Assembly (NCBI GenBank): GCA_019058245.1
Contig: JAHPZJ010000013.1
Span: 137,166 to 201,165, forward strand
DNA from: Promethearchaeota archaeon
GTDB lineage: Archaea > Asgardarchaeota > Lokiarchaeia > Sigyniarchaeales > SOKP01
DNA length: 64,000 nucleotides
Reading direction: 5' to 3'
Below are positions 1 through 9,370 of this stretch, piece after piece. Within the stretch, counting starts at the first letter, position 1, and the number at the start of each line of letters is the position of its first letter. Position numbers and translations under genes: made by a program. The notes under the pieces are model-generated. The model saw only the letters and a list, made by a program, of their open reading frames with translations, was not told where the DNA came from and searched no databases.

Positions 1-2
1 AA

Positions 3-254
3 GAATGGCAGAAATTAATCTATGAGTTCCTATATGCTCTGGTTCAAATTGACTCATATCGTCATTTATTAGAAGAACGTCAAATTTCATGGTCAAAACA
101 GAGAGAAGAATTAGTATTAATGATTTCTGAAGCGTTAAATAGAGATTTTTTTACTTATGTGGAAAATAAAAAAGGCAATTTAAAAATTATCATAGAGGGA
201 AAAGATTTGCCCTCAATTGATATACCAATATTAGAGAAGGTGCATCAAGTTTGA
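3..254 (+). CDS. Hypothetical protein, 3' end only (cut by window start)
   Basis: Open frame EWQKLIYEFLYALVQ...ILEKVHQV* ends at TGA 252-254 and overlaps the TTG of the next gene (TTGA coupling). Confidence 0.7.
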   Translation, partial: EWQKLIYEFLYALVQIDSYRHLLEERQISWSKQREELVLMISEALNRDFFTYVENKKGNLKIIIEGKDLPSIDIPILEKVHQV

Positions 255-1762
255 GATGTGAAAGAGCTTTAGAGATATTAAATTCTATAAAAAATAAAAA
301 GGATATAATAACTTCTTATGAAGAAATATCGGAATTAATTGAATTTTATTTAATTTCTGAATTTGAAGCTGTTATCCCAAAGATTTCAAGAAAAAATGAA
401 TTATTAGATTTGAGAAAAAATTATATAAAGATGTCAAGCGATTTAAGACAAGCATATCAAAACTTAGTAACTCTAGAGGGAGATTATAATCATGTATCAA
501 CTATGAACCGTTTTTTATCCTATTTAAAAATTGGAAGAGGTGCTCGATTAAAGAAGGATACATCAGATTTAGATCAATTCATAAAAAATAAAGAAAATGA
601 TCTGAAAAAATTGAAGGACGATTTATTAAAACTCAATATTGAAATTGAGTCTTATGAAAGAGCAGTGAAAGTTAATGGAATTAGAGTCATTCTTACTCCC
701 GTAGGTGAAACGATGATTGATGAAATAGAATCTCGGAGGAGATTTTATTCTAGAGAACTTAAAGATCTTGTTATTGTTTTAAATAAATTAGATGATACTT
801 TCAATACTTTAATTAATAATATAGGAAATATAATGAAAAGTAATACTTTTTCAGCAGTATGGGCTTTATATCTTCTTAATACAGATATGCTGAATCTAAT
901 TACAATTATGAATAAAATTACTTTGAAAGAACCTAATTATAACAATGCTCAAAAAAGAATGATGAAATTATCATTTTATCTCATGAATCATCCAGAAATT
1001 AATATTGGAGATAGTTATATGGACGTTAAAATTATCGAAAATAAATTAAGAGATATGTATCCTGAAAATGAACATAAGAGGGCATTTCATGAAATTCTCA
1101 ATAATGCTAATATATCAACTCATAAAATCAGAACAGCCATCTCGCTATTAGGTAAATTATTTACAGTAAGGGAATTAAAAAGTGAGGTTGGTAGAAAGGA
1201 AATTAATCAATATTACGATAATCTTAGAATTTTTATAGATTTTCAAAGAGATTTGCCAATGATCGGAAAAAAGACAATTCTCTATTCACATTTAAAGCAA
1301 GATATAGATGAAGAAATGACATTTGTATTGTTTCTTTTATCATTTTCTGCTAAATTAGATTCTTATAATTATTTTCATGAGCTTATTGAAGATATTCCCG
1401 AAGGTGCTAGGTTCTTTTCTGCAATTTCTTCATTATTCCCTTGGGATCCTGAAGAAACATGGCAAGTGCTATTAAGGGCACAATCGAATATATTAAAGGC
1501 CCAAAGTGCAAAATTTATCCCAGAATTAATGGAGTATGCCATCTTAATGTGCTTAAATCCCAATGTTTTAATGATTGAAAATAATATCTCTAAGGAACAA
1601 TTGGATAAATGGAAATTCTTAATAATTCCTACTATACATCTTAGTATATATTCTTTCTTTGAAAAGGATTTAGAATCTTACATAAGGAGAAGACCTTTAG
1701 CTTATATAATAGCACCAAGGTATTACCATCATTCAATGCTTCATTATCACGCTATTGGCTAA
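251..1762 (+). CDS. Hypothetical protein with N-terminal coiled coil
   Basis: 503-aa ORF coupled to the upstream gene; heptad-rich N-terminal third; no family recognised. Confidence 0.75.
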   Translation: MRCERALEILNSIKNKKDIITSYEEISELIEFYLISEFEAVIPKISRKNELLDLRKNYIKMSSDLRQAYQNLVTLEGDYNHVSTMNRFLSYLKIGRGARLKKDTSDLDQFIKNKENDLKKLKDDLLKLNIEIESYERAVKVNGIRVILTPVGETMIDEIESRRRFYSRELKDLVIVLNKLDDTFNTLINNIGNIMKSNTFSAVWALYLLNTDMLNLITIMNKITLKEPNYNNAQKRMMKLSFYLMNHPEINIGDSYMDVKIIENKLRDMYPENEHKRAFHEILNNANISTHKIRTAISLLGKLFTVRELKSEVGRKEINQYYDNLRIFIDFQRDLPMIGKKTILYSHLKQDIDEEMTFVLFLLSFSAKLDSYNYFHELIEDIPEGARFFSAISSLFPWDPEETWQVLLRAQSNILKAQSAKFIPELMEYAILMCLNPNVLMIENNISKEQLDKWKFLIIPTIHLSIYSFFEKDLESYIRRRPLAYIIAPRYYHHSMLHYHAIG

Positions 1763-1763
1763 A

Positions 1764-3437
1764 TTAAACTCTCCTTAAGAGATTCGTATCAATTGAATCT
1801 TTAAAAGAATCATAAAAAAGAGAGTAATATTTTTGAAAAAAATCTTTTTTTGTAGTCATTACAAACTTATTTTCTTTTTCTTCTATTTTTCCACTTGACC
1901 AAAAAATAGAACCATTAATATCAAAATCAAATTCATTTTGCCTTTTTACAATTTTACCTGCTTTTATAACATACTCAATATTTGATAAAGCTTTTTTTAT
2001 CTCTTCATAATTTTGAGAGATATCAATATCATCTATATTAATATTTAAGATATTTAAATCAGCATCAGCACCTAAACCAAGATTTCCCTTAATATTTGCT
2101 AACCCTAAGGATTTTGCGGGACTCACTCTTGTTAAACAAACAAATTCTAAAAAGTTTAATTCTTTACTGTTATTAGTTAAAGGATTATTTTTTAAGAAAT
2201 CATTGTTCATATCCTTCATGAAACTCTCACGAGCATTTTTACTTACTAACCATGTTGCTATTTCAGGAATATCTGAAATATTCGCATAATTAGGAAAATT
2301 TAAAGAAAAACTGACCTGAAATTTATTATTAACATTTAAAGCTAAATCAACTGCATTTGCCCATAAATTACATGTATTAGGATTACTTTTTTCTAAATTT
2401 CTAAAGAAAACAAATGAGTCCCCTTCAAATTCTACTGCAGAGCTTATTAATTTATAAGGATTATTATTAATATCTTCTGTCAAAAATGATGAAATTAATC
2501 TTCGATCTGATGTAATAACAGGATTTATTTGGTTAAATCCTATAAAAGAAACATCAATATCAAAATTTTGATTTTCATTCAAAAATTTAATTAATTCTTG
2601 ATTTTTTCCATCATAATTATATGAATTTGCATGAGCTATATGAAAAATTTGATCTCTTTCAAGATTTGAATCTGTAATTTGATTAGCTTTTATATTTAAT
2701 GATTTAATCTTATCTAAAATTTTAAGAAGATTGCTTTTACCAATTTCATTTTCATAACCTTCAATATGAGCATGGATTGAATGCGGTAATCCTAGTTTTT
2801 CTACACATTTTACAATATTTTCATATACATCCAAAGCAGAGAAATTATATAACCTCCCTGTTTGTGATGGGTCTTCTCTTAATTCTTTAAAATTCCAATT
2901 CTCGTTTTCAAATGGATTATAGATTTTAAATCCAAATCCATAAGTCTTTGATAATAAATCAGAAAGAAAAATTGCCATATCATCAATTTTTCCTCGTTGA
3001 TATTCTAATTCTAATGGCCAAAAATTACTAATATTCAAAAGCATAGCTTTATCGAGTATAGGTAAATGTTTAAAATTGAATATCGTTTGTTTTGCTAAAG
3101 AAGGAAAGACATTAGCTTCAAGGATAAAAGTATATCCATTTGAAATATAATTTCTGGCGATACTCTTTAATGATAATCTCTCCCAGATCTCTTTAAATTT
3201 ATTATTATTTGCACCTAATAACCTTGCCCAATTAACTTGCTGAGATGCCACATGCGTATGGATATCAATTGCGGAAGGCACGACTGTTTTTCCTTTTGCA
3301 TTGATCTCCTCGACATCTTTTTCATTGCTAAAATTTTCTACAATTTTCCCAGATTCAATTAAAATATCCTTAATTTCTCCGTTGATTTTGTTGATAGGAT
3401 CGAATATTAAACCATTTTTAATAATTAATCTGCTCAT
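1764..3437 (-). CDS. fwdA: Formylmethanofuran dehydrogenase subunit A-like amidohydrolase (divergent)
   Basis: IDIHTHVA, GFKIYNP, LGLPHSIHAH, HIAH, PAKSLGL...GNLGLGADAD motifs; in operon with fwdB and fwdD. Confidence 0.88.
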   Translation of the reverse strand: MSRLIIKNGLIFDPINKINGEIKDILIESGKIVENFSNEKDVEEINAKGKTVVPSAIDIHTHVASQQVNWARLLGANNNKFKEIWERLSLKSIARNYISNGYTFILEANVFPSLAKQTIFNFKHLPILDKAMLLNISNFWPLELEYQRGKIDDMAIFLSDLLSKTYGFGFKIYNPFENENWNFKELREDPSQTGRLYNFSALDVYENIVKCVEKLGLPHSIHAHIEGYENEIGKSNLLKILDKIKSLNIKANQITDSNLERDQIFHIAHANSYNYDGKNQELIKFLNENQNFDIDVSFIGFNQINPVITSDRRLISSFLTEDINNNPYKLISSAVEFEGDSFVFFRNLEKSNPNTCNLWANAVDLALNVNNKFQVSFSLNFPNYANISDIPEIATWLVSKNARESFMKDMNNDFLKNNPLTNNSKELNFLEFVCLTRVSPAKSLGLANIKGNLGLGADADLNILNINIDDIDISQNYEEIKKALSNIEYVIKAGKIVKRQNEFDFDINGSIFWSSGKIEEKENKFVMTTKKDFFQKYYSLFYDSFKDSIDTNLLRRV

Positions 3438-3455
3438 TTTTAAAGTACCTATTAT

Positions 3456-3830
3456 TCATTTCCCTTTAATTGACTTTAATAAATCTAGTAGATCTAAAGT
3501 TGGTTCTTGTGAAATTTCAACATTTACTTTAAGATTTTTAAAAATTAATTCATTATTCTCAATACCAGTAATTTGATTAGCCCAAATTGAAACGGGCATA
3601 ATAATAATACCTAATGGAACAGTATCATTTTGTTGTGCTTTTATAATAACACTTCCAAATTTGCTAGTTATTTTTAAATTCGATTTTGGTGTAATATCTA
3701 GATTTTTATAGTCTTCTGGATTAAGAAATCCAATTGCTAGTTTTTCCTTAATGATATTATCATTAGTCTCAGAATACTCTTTTGCTTGATCATAATCTAC
3801 CATTCTAATTGTATTTACTAATAATTCCAT
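3456..3830 (-). CDS. fwdD: Formylmethanofuran dehydrogenase subunit D-like (molybdopterin dinucleotide-binding)
   Basis: LNPEDYKNL...ITSKFGSV...GIIIMPVSIWANQI pattern; lies between fwdB and fwdA. Confidence 0.85.
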   Translation of the reverse strand: MELLVNTIRMVDYDQAKEYSETNDNIIKEKLAIGFLNPEDYKNLDITPKSNLKITSKFGSVIIKAQQNDTVPLGIIIMPVSIWANQITGIENNELIFKNLKVNVEISQEPTLDLLDLLKSIKGK

Positions 3831-3834
3831 AATT

Positions 3835-5139
3835 TCATCCTTGTTTTAGATTTCTAATAATTTTTTTAATTATTTCTTCATCTGAAAGAATATTTTTTGG
3901 AGGATTTATAATTTTTTCAAGATTTAGAGGAATATGGTCTATTCGATAGGCTAATCCATCAGTCTCAATTCCAGTTAAGGTTGAAGGTATTATTACATCT
4001 GCTATATGGAATGTTGCAGTTTTAGTATTATCTATAAGAATCAGAGGTTTCGATATTAATTTTTTACTCAGTTGTTTGGGAAAATGTGAAATTGGATCTG
4101 TACCTACTATTATTGAACAATCAAAATCATCCTTTTCTATTTTTGAAATAATTGTATCTGAGGTTTCTGTTAATTGTTGATTTGTAAATTGTAAACTATG
4201 ATTTATTCCATAGTTCGATAAAGCAACGTGATCAAAACCCCACATATTATAATGCCCTCCTAACATAAATGCAGAAATACGCCCTTTTTCATGTTTAGCA
4301 TTAATTAATTGAATTAATTCAAGCATTTCCTTAATAACACTATTACCGTTTTGAGCATTTAAAATTCCTTGCCCGATAAAGATAATCCCATTCTCTGTAC
4401 CAGTCAAATGAAGCAACAATCTCTTTAGATCGTTTTTATCTATGCCTGCTACACCTTCATCCGGAAAGCTATTAACTCTACAGCATTCATCTTTTAATAC
4501 CCGGATTAAGTCGATATCTTTCGCGGGTTCAATTTGAAGTGCCACATCACGTACTCCCATAACATTAAAAGAGGCAGTTTTAATAGGATCTATTATAATT
4601 AATGTTTTTATCTCTCGTCCTGTCATTCGAAATTTGCCACGAGAAAAAAGCACTTTATTCAATAGACGAGGAATTGATTCAGCCGCATTTGCACCCCATA
4701 AAATTAACAAATCTGATTTATTAATAGCTTCTCCGATTGTTGTTAAAGTAAGACCCGTTTCTTTAGAAGTATTCAAAACCTTTCCTTGGCATATTGTTGA
4801 GTTAGAATCAATAAAACCATTAATAAGACATGCTAATTCCATTCCTTTTAATTGAGCTTCGCAACTTACTGTTGAAAAACCATATAATAGAGGTTTAGTA
4901 GAATTTTTAATAATTTTAAATACTTGTTCAAAAGCTTCTTCTAATGTTGTTTTAATTAATTCTCCATTTTTTTTTATATAGGGATTGAAAATTCTATTTT
5001 TTGCAGATACGCGATCAAATCTTTCTTTTCCTTTCAAACAAGCTCCTATAACTTCATCTATATATAAACCATCAGTACTAATAATGATATCATCACATAA
5101 AAGAGAGCATCCTGAACAAGTAACACGTTTATTTACCAT
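3835..5139 (-). CDS. fwdB: Formylmethanofuran dehydrogenase subunit B-like (divergent)
   Basis: CSGCSLLCDDI...ACLKG Fe-S motif; DLLILWGAN, GHYN, GTDPISHFP and ETDGLAYRID. Confidence 0.88.
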   Translation of the reverse strand: MVNKRVTCSGCSLLCDDIIISTDGLYIDEVIGACLKGKERFDRVSAKNRIFNPYIKKNGELIKTTLEEAFEQVFKIIKNSTKPLLYGFSTVSCEAQLKGMELACLINGFIDSNSTICQGKVLNTSKETGLTLTTIGEAINKSDLLILWGANAAESIPRLLNKVLFSRGKFRMTGREIKTLIIIDPIKTASFNVMGVRDVALQIEPAKDIDLIRVLKDECCRVNSFPDEGVAGIDKNDLKRLLLHLTGTENGIIFIGQGILNAQNGNSVIKEMLELIQLINAKHEKGRISAFMLGGHYNMWGFDHVALSNYGINHSLQFTNQQLTETSDTIISKIEKDDFDCSIIVGTDPISHFPKQLSKKLISKPLILIDNTKTATFHIADVIIPSTLTGIETDGLAYRIDHIPLNLEKIINPPKNILSDEEIIKKIIRNLKQG

Positions 5140-5185
5140 TATATATTCCTCTTATTTCATTGAAAATTTTGTTATAATTTTTCAA

Positions 5186-5671
5186 TCAAACATAATCAAT
5201 TTTTATAGCTTCTCGAGGGCAATAGGTTTCGCAAACTCGACATTCTCTTTCTCTTCCTTCTGCTTCTATTCTTCTACAATGCTTTATCGCCAATAGTTCA
5301 CACTTTCCCCCTTTAATTTGAAATAATTGGTGTTTTTCAGGTGGATAATCTGGTGCTTTCCCACTTAAAGTTGGAGGACAATATCTCGCATTAACAGGAC
5401 AAACCGTTACGCAAATACCACACCCATCACACAATTCTTCATCAACATCAATTCGAAGCTCTTTTTCCTTTCCCTCTTCAGCGCCTAATAATTCCTTTAA
5501 TTTATCATATTCTTTTTTATATTTTGGTTCTAAGAGGGGAGTACAATCATCAACTTTTACTTTGCCTTGCAATAAATCCAGCGCAAAGGCCATGCAAGTA
5601 GGCTTTCCACACTTTTTACAATTAGTTTTGGGTAAAAATTTATATAATTCCATAAAGTTACTTACAGGAAT
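5186..5671 (-). CDS. Fe-S protein: LPKTNCxxCGxxTC domain plus 2x[4Fe-4S] ferredoxin (FwdG-like), probable ATT start
   Basis: LPKTNCKKCGKPTCMAFA, CDGCGICVTVCP, CRVCETYCP. First ATG is at 5653; an in-frame ATT at 5671 lies 7 nt behind AAGGTG. Confidence 0.8.
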   Translation of the reverse strand: MPVSNFMELYKFLPKTNCKKCGKPTCMAFALDLLQGKVKVDDCTPLLEPKYKKEYDKLKELLGAEEGKEKELRIDVDEELCDGCGICVTVCPVNARYCPPTLSGKAPDYPPEKHQLFQIKGGKCELLAIKHCRRIEAEGRERECRVCETYCPREAIKIDYV

Positions 5672-5915
5672 TTAAAAACACCTTGACAATTTAATTTTAT
5701 AACGTTTTCCAGTAAAGAATAATATTTTGAAATTTATTAATTTCTTTAGTTTATTTATTATAAAATCCTCATAATAGGAACTTAATTTATTAACTAAAAA
5801 TCCAGAAACTTTCATAAAATATTAAAGAAAAAGTTAAAGCGACTTCTTTTCTTCCTTAAATTAATTAATAATTCTATAAATAGTATAATCAGAAAAATTT
5901 ATGAGATAAGAAATT

Positions 5916-6767
5916 ATGACAGAAAAAGAGATACCAGATATAGATTTAAAAGAGATGATGATAGACGAGAGAGAAAAAAACATTAAAAGTAATATGGATA
6001 AGATTAAACATAAAATCGTAGTAATTTCAGGAAAGGGGGGAGTAGGTAAAACCACAGTTGCGATTAATCTTGCGATGAGCTTAGCAAGTGTAGGTTTGAG
6101 AGTTGGAATACTTGATGTAGATATTACAGGACCAAATGTAATAAAAATGCTTGGAATCAGTTCAGAATTGAAACCTAGAGTTGATGCTGAAGCTAAACGA
6201 TTTTATCCTATTGATGGACCTTTAAACCTTAAGGTTATGAGTATGGCATTTTTAACTCTTAATCCAGATGAACCTGTAATTTGGCGAGGACCAATGAAAA
6301 TGAGTGCTGTAAGACAGTTTCTAGGAGATGCTGAGTGGGGAGAACTTGATTACTTAATTTGTGATTTACCTCCTGGTACATCTGATGAAACGTTAGATAT
6401 ATTACAGCTTATTCCTGATGAAAATGTTATAGTTGTTACAACACCTCAGGAAGTTGCTTTAATGGATGCAAGAAAAACAATAAAAATGGCTCTTGTAATG
6501 CAGAGAAAAATACTAGGGATTATTGAGAATATGTCTGGTTTTGATTGTCCACATTGTGGAAAATATATTGATTTATATCCTCCAGGTGGAGCAGAAAAAG
6601 CGAGTGTAGATTTTAATATTTCTCTTTTAGGTAAAATACCTTTTGAAATAGAAGTTAGTCAACAAGGAGATCAAGGATTGCCATTTATTATTAAATATCC
6701 TGAAAGTAAATCTGCTAAAGCATTCAAAGATGCTGTTAAAAAAATTAGAAATTTATTAGAAAATTAA
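5916..6767 (+). CDS. apbC: Mrp/ApbC/NBP35 Fe-S cluster carrier ATPase
   Basis: SGKGGVGKT, DVDITGP, VIWRGP, DLPPGTSD, VTTPQ, ENMSGFDCPHC. Confidence 0.95.
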   Translation: MTEKEIPDIDLKEMMIDEREKNIKSNMDKIKHKIVVISGKGGVGKTTVAINLAMSLASVGLRVGILDVDITGPNVIKMLGISSELKPRVDAEAKRFYPIDGPLNLKVMSMAFLTLNPDEPVIWRGPMKMSAVRQFLGDAEWGELDYLICDLPPGTSDETLDILQLIPDENVIVVTTPQEVALMDARKTIKMALVMQRKILGIIENMSGFDCPHCGKYIDLYPPGGAEKASVDFNISLLGKIPFEIEVSQQGDQGLPFIIKYPESKSAKAFKDAVKKIRNLLEN

Positions 6768-6985
6768 AAAAAATTTTATTTTTCTCTTTTAATAATCAAA
6801 TTATTTATTGTTTGTGTCATTGACACGAATTTATAAAATATCATAAACTTGATTGTTAAGGGTTATACCTATTTTCCAGATAATATAACATATTATTAAA
6901 ATGAATAATTAAATGATTTTATTAAGCTATATGATTTTTAGTTACTTGGAGAATTTATTTAACTAATAATGGGAATATTATCATT

Positions 6986-7468
6986 ATGGATTCTAAACTC
7001 CTAAAAGGTATTGTTATATGTAAAGAGTCTGGAGAATATCTCTTAGATCTCATTTTAGACACAAAAATTAATCCTGTATTACTATCTTCATTTGTTGGAG
7101 CACTAGGGCTTTTCGGAGAAAATTTAGGACGGATTGAGGAGATTAATATAAAAGGCCTTGATGTAGAAATGATAGTTGTCTATAAGTTTAAATTAATTTT
7201 CGTTGCTATTCTGGATAAAGAATTTAAAAAATATAATATAAGAGAAGAAGCGGAAAAAGCATTGGATATATTTTATTCATTATATCATAAAGAAATTGAA
7301 GCAAATTGTACCGAAGTTAGTCAATTTATAGAATTTAAAAATATACTATTTTTCCAAATTGAACAATATTTCGATAGGATTAAAAATTCACAAGGAAAGT
7401 CAAAAATCGGAGATTTTGGCTTTTTTACTGAAGCCATAAAGAAATTAAGAACTAACTCAACCAATTAA
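6986..7468 (+). CDS. Longin/roadblock-like small domain protein
   Basis: GIVICKESGEYL...LLSSFVGALGLF...IEEINIKG layout typical of Asgard longin-like proteins. Confidence 0.55.
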   Translation: MDSKLLKGIVICKESGEYLLDLILDTKINPVLLSSFVGALGLFGENLGRIEEINIKGLDVEMIVVYKFKLIFVAILDKEFKKYNIREEAEKALDIFYSLYHKEIEANCTEVSQFIEFKNILFFQIEQYFDRIKNSQGKSKIGDFGFFTEAIKKLRTNSTN

Positions 7469-8349
7469 AATCTTTGAGTTTTCTTTTTAAAAATTAAATC
7501 ACCTATCTTAACTCCAAATATTCTTTCCATTAATGAACATTTGGCTTGTAACAAATAATATACATCTTTATGAGGAATATCAGTCCCATGAAGGCACTCA
7601 AAATTTCCTTGTCCTTTTGATAAAATGACTCCATTTTCTTTAAAGAAGATTTTTTTAAATTCTTCTGGGGATGTAGCAATATCTACGCCTGGGACATCAC
7701 TGGCTTCTACAACTTGAACCAAATCGGTTATGCCTACAAGTTTAGCATCCTCTATAGTTATATCATTTATAATTGGCGCCCCCCTGACAGAATAGATAAT
7801 CTTTAGATTAGGATATTTTTTTTTAATAATAGTAATTAATAATTTATCAAATACAATTTCTCCACAATTATCTCCAATTATTAATAATTCATTAGTTTCT
7901 TGAAGTGATTTTTTAAATTTTGTATAATCATTTATAGCAAAATTTTTTCTCTCGATATTTCTTATATCAGAAATAAAATCGATTCTATGCTGACTTGCAA
8001 AATCAATAGTGTTTGCAATTGCAGCAACTAATATTGCTTTATATAAAGTATCTTTTGAACTTTCAACAAAACTTTTTACTTCTTCATATGATTGCAAAGC
8101 AAGATGATTGTATTTTTTTTTTAAAGAAGAATATGGATCTAATTCTCCCAGAGTCTCTGAAACTATTGTATATGCAACTTTTCCGAGAATTGGAGCGGGA
8201 AGATTATTTATTTCATTATTTATCATATAATTCATTAATCTTTTTTGTGCAGAGATAATAATATCACGAGAAATATCGGGATTAAATAATTTAAATGCTT
8301 TTAATATTTGATTAAAAAGACAACCAATACATTCAGGCTCTAATTTCAT
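7465..8349 (-). CDS. Damage-control phosphatase, ARMT1/DUF89 family
   Basis: ECIGC, DPY, ANTIDF, DNCGEIVFD, PIINDIT, SKGQGNFE, AKC. Confidence 0.92.
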   Translation of the reverse strand: MKLEPECIGCLFNQILKAFKLFNPDISRDIIISAQKRLMNYMINNEINNLPAPILGKVAYTIVSETLGELDPYSSLKKKYNHLALQSYEEVKSFVESSKDTLYKAILVAAIANTIDFASQHRIDFISDIRNIERKNFAINDYTKFKKSLQETNELLIIGDNCGEIVFDKLLITIIKKKYPNLKIIYSVRGAPIINDITIEDAKLVGITDLVQVVEASDVPGVDIATSPEEFKKIFFKENGVILSKGQGNFECLHGTDIPHKDVYYLLQAKCSLMERIFGVKIGDLIFKKKTQRF

Positions 8350-8640
8350 AATATTGAAATAAAAATCTATTATATTAGAGAATTCAGAATTCCTTTAAAT
8401 TCTTTCAAATCTAGAAGTATTAAGTTTTAAATCCAGATTGATTAATACATTAATGTAAATTTTATTTTAAATCTTAATCAGTTCCTAATCTTGTTAAGAG
8501 AGGTGAAGTGGAATTATCAGTAGAAAAACGAGTTGCGAAAGAAAAGGCTATTCAAGTACTCTAAAACTCTCTTTTTTTTTTTAATTTTATTTAAATTGAC
8601 AGATTGTTAATTTCCCTTATAGATAAAAGTGAAAAAAAAA

Positions 8641-8793
8641 TTATAGATTTATATTAATTTTAATATCTTTAATATTATCTGGAACTCCTTTTGTTGAATT
8701 TAAATAACCTATTATTATATTTGTAAGCATCTCTTGCATAAAATCTTTTAAGGGTATCTTTTTTTCATTTACTTCAAGTATAACTTTTAGCAT
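8641..8793 (-). CDS. 50-aa protein resembling the C-terminal domain of archaeal MobB
   Basis: Manually translated MLKVILEVNEKKIPLKDFMQEMLTNIIIGYLNSTKGVPDNIKDIKININL*; below the ORF-track length cutoff. Confidence 0.7.
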   Translation of the reverse strand: MLKVILEVNEKKIPLKDFMQEMLTNIIIGYLNSTKGVPDNIKDIKININL

Positions 8794-8945
8794 ATTTTAC
8801 GTAGATTTGCTGATTTTTTAAAATTTATTATTATGGAATTTACTATAATTATAAATAAATAAAATAAAACCATTCTTTTTAGTTAAATATAGTCTCGAAT
8901 ATCAAATTTTGACTACTTGAGATTTTTTATAATATAGATATTTTT

Positions 8946-9014
8946 TACCAAAGACCTTGCAAGGTAAGTCATCCTTCTACTAGCATTTTTTAGAAAGACT
9001 CATTCTATTTGGTA
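8946..9014 (-). promoter_or_regulatory. Eukaryote-like SECIS element in the 3' UTR
   Basis: Minus-strand RNA UACCAAA-UAGA-AUGA-GUCUUUCUA-AAAAAUGCUAG-UAGAAGGAU-GA-...-UUUGGUA: AUGA/GA core, 9-bp upper stem, A-rich apical loop, 7-bp lower stem. Confidence 0.85.
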
Positions 9015-9015
9015 A

Positions 9016-9276
9016 TTATATTAGAAATGTGCTAATTTTTTTAATTAATTCGATATAATCATTGTTCAAAGAGATTTGAGTGGAAAAGATCTTTATAAAA
9101 CTTATAACCGCACACCCTCATCCTCCAGTATTATTATCACCAGTATCAACTCCGCTATTTATATACAAGATAACAAGAACTGTAATAATCGATCCAATTC
9201 CTATTATTATTAGTACTGAAATAAGAATCTTCTTAATTTTTCCTTTTCTTAATTCAGTTAAATTAGATTCACTCAT
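9016..9276 (-). CDS. Putative single-pass membrane selenoprotein (86 aa, Sec53 in GGUGC)
   Basis: ATG 9276, in-frame TGA 9120-9118, then 33 more sense codons to TAA 9018-9016; SECIS begins right after the stop. Confidence 0.8.
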
Positions 9277-9370
9277 ATCTTATCCCTTTTAATTAAATAT
9301 ACCAATTTGTTATATATTAATAAAAAGTATTTAAAAATTTTTTTTGGAAGTTATTATTACACAATTAAAT

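Noticed and set aside
9080-9292. Plus-strand 70-aa ORF in the track
   Set aside because: Antisense shadow of the minus-strand selenoprotein candidate, which has a TM helix, a redox motif and a SECIS.
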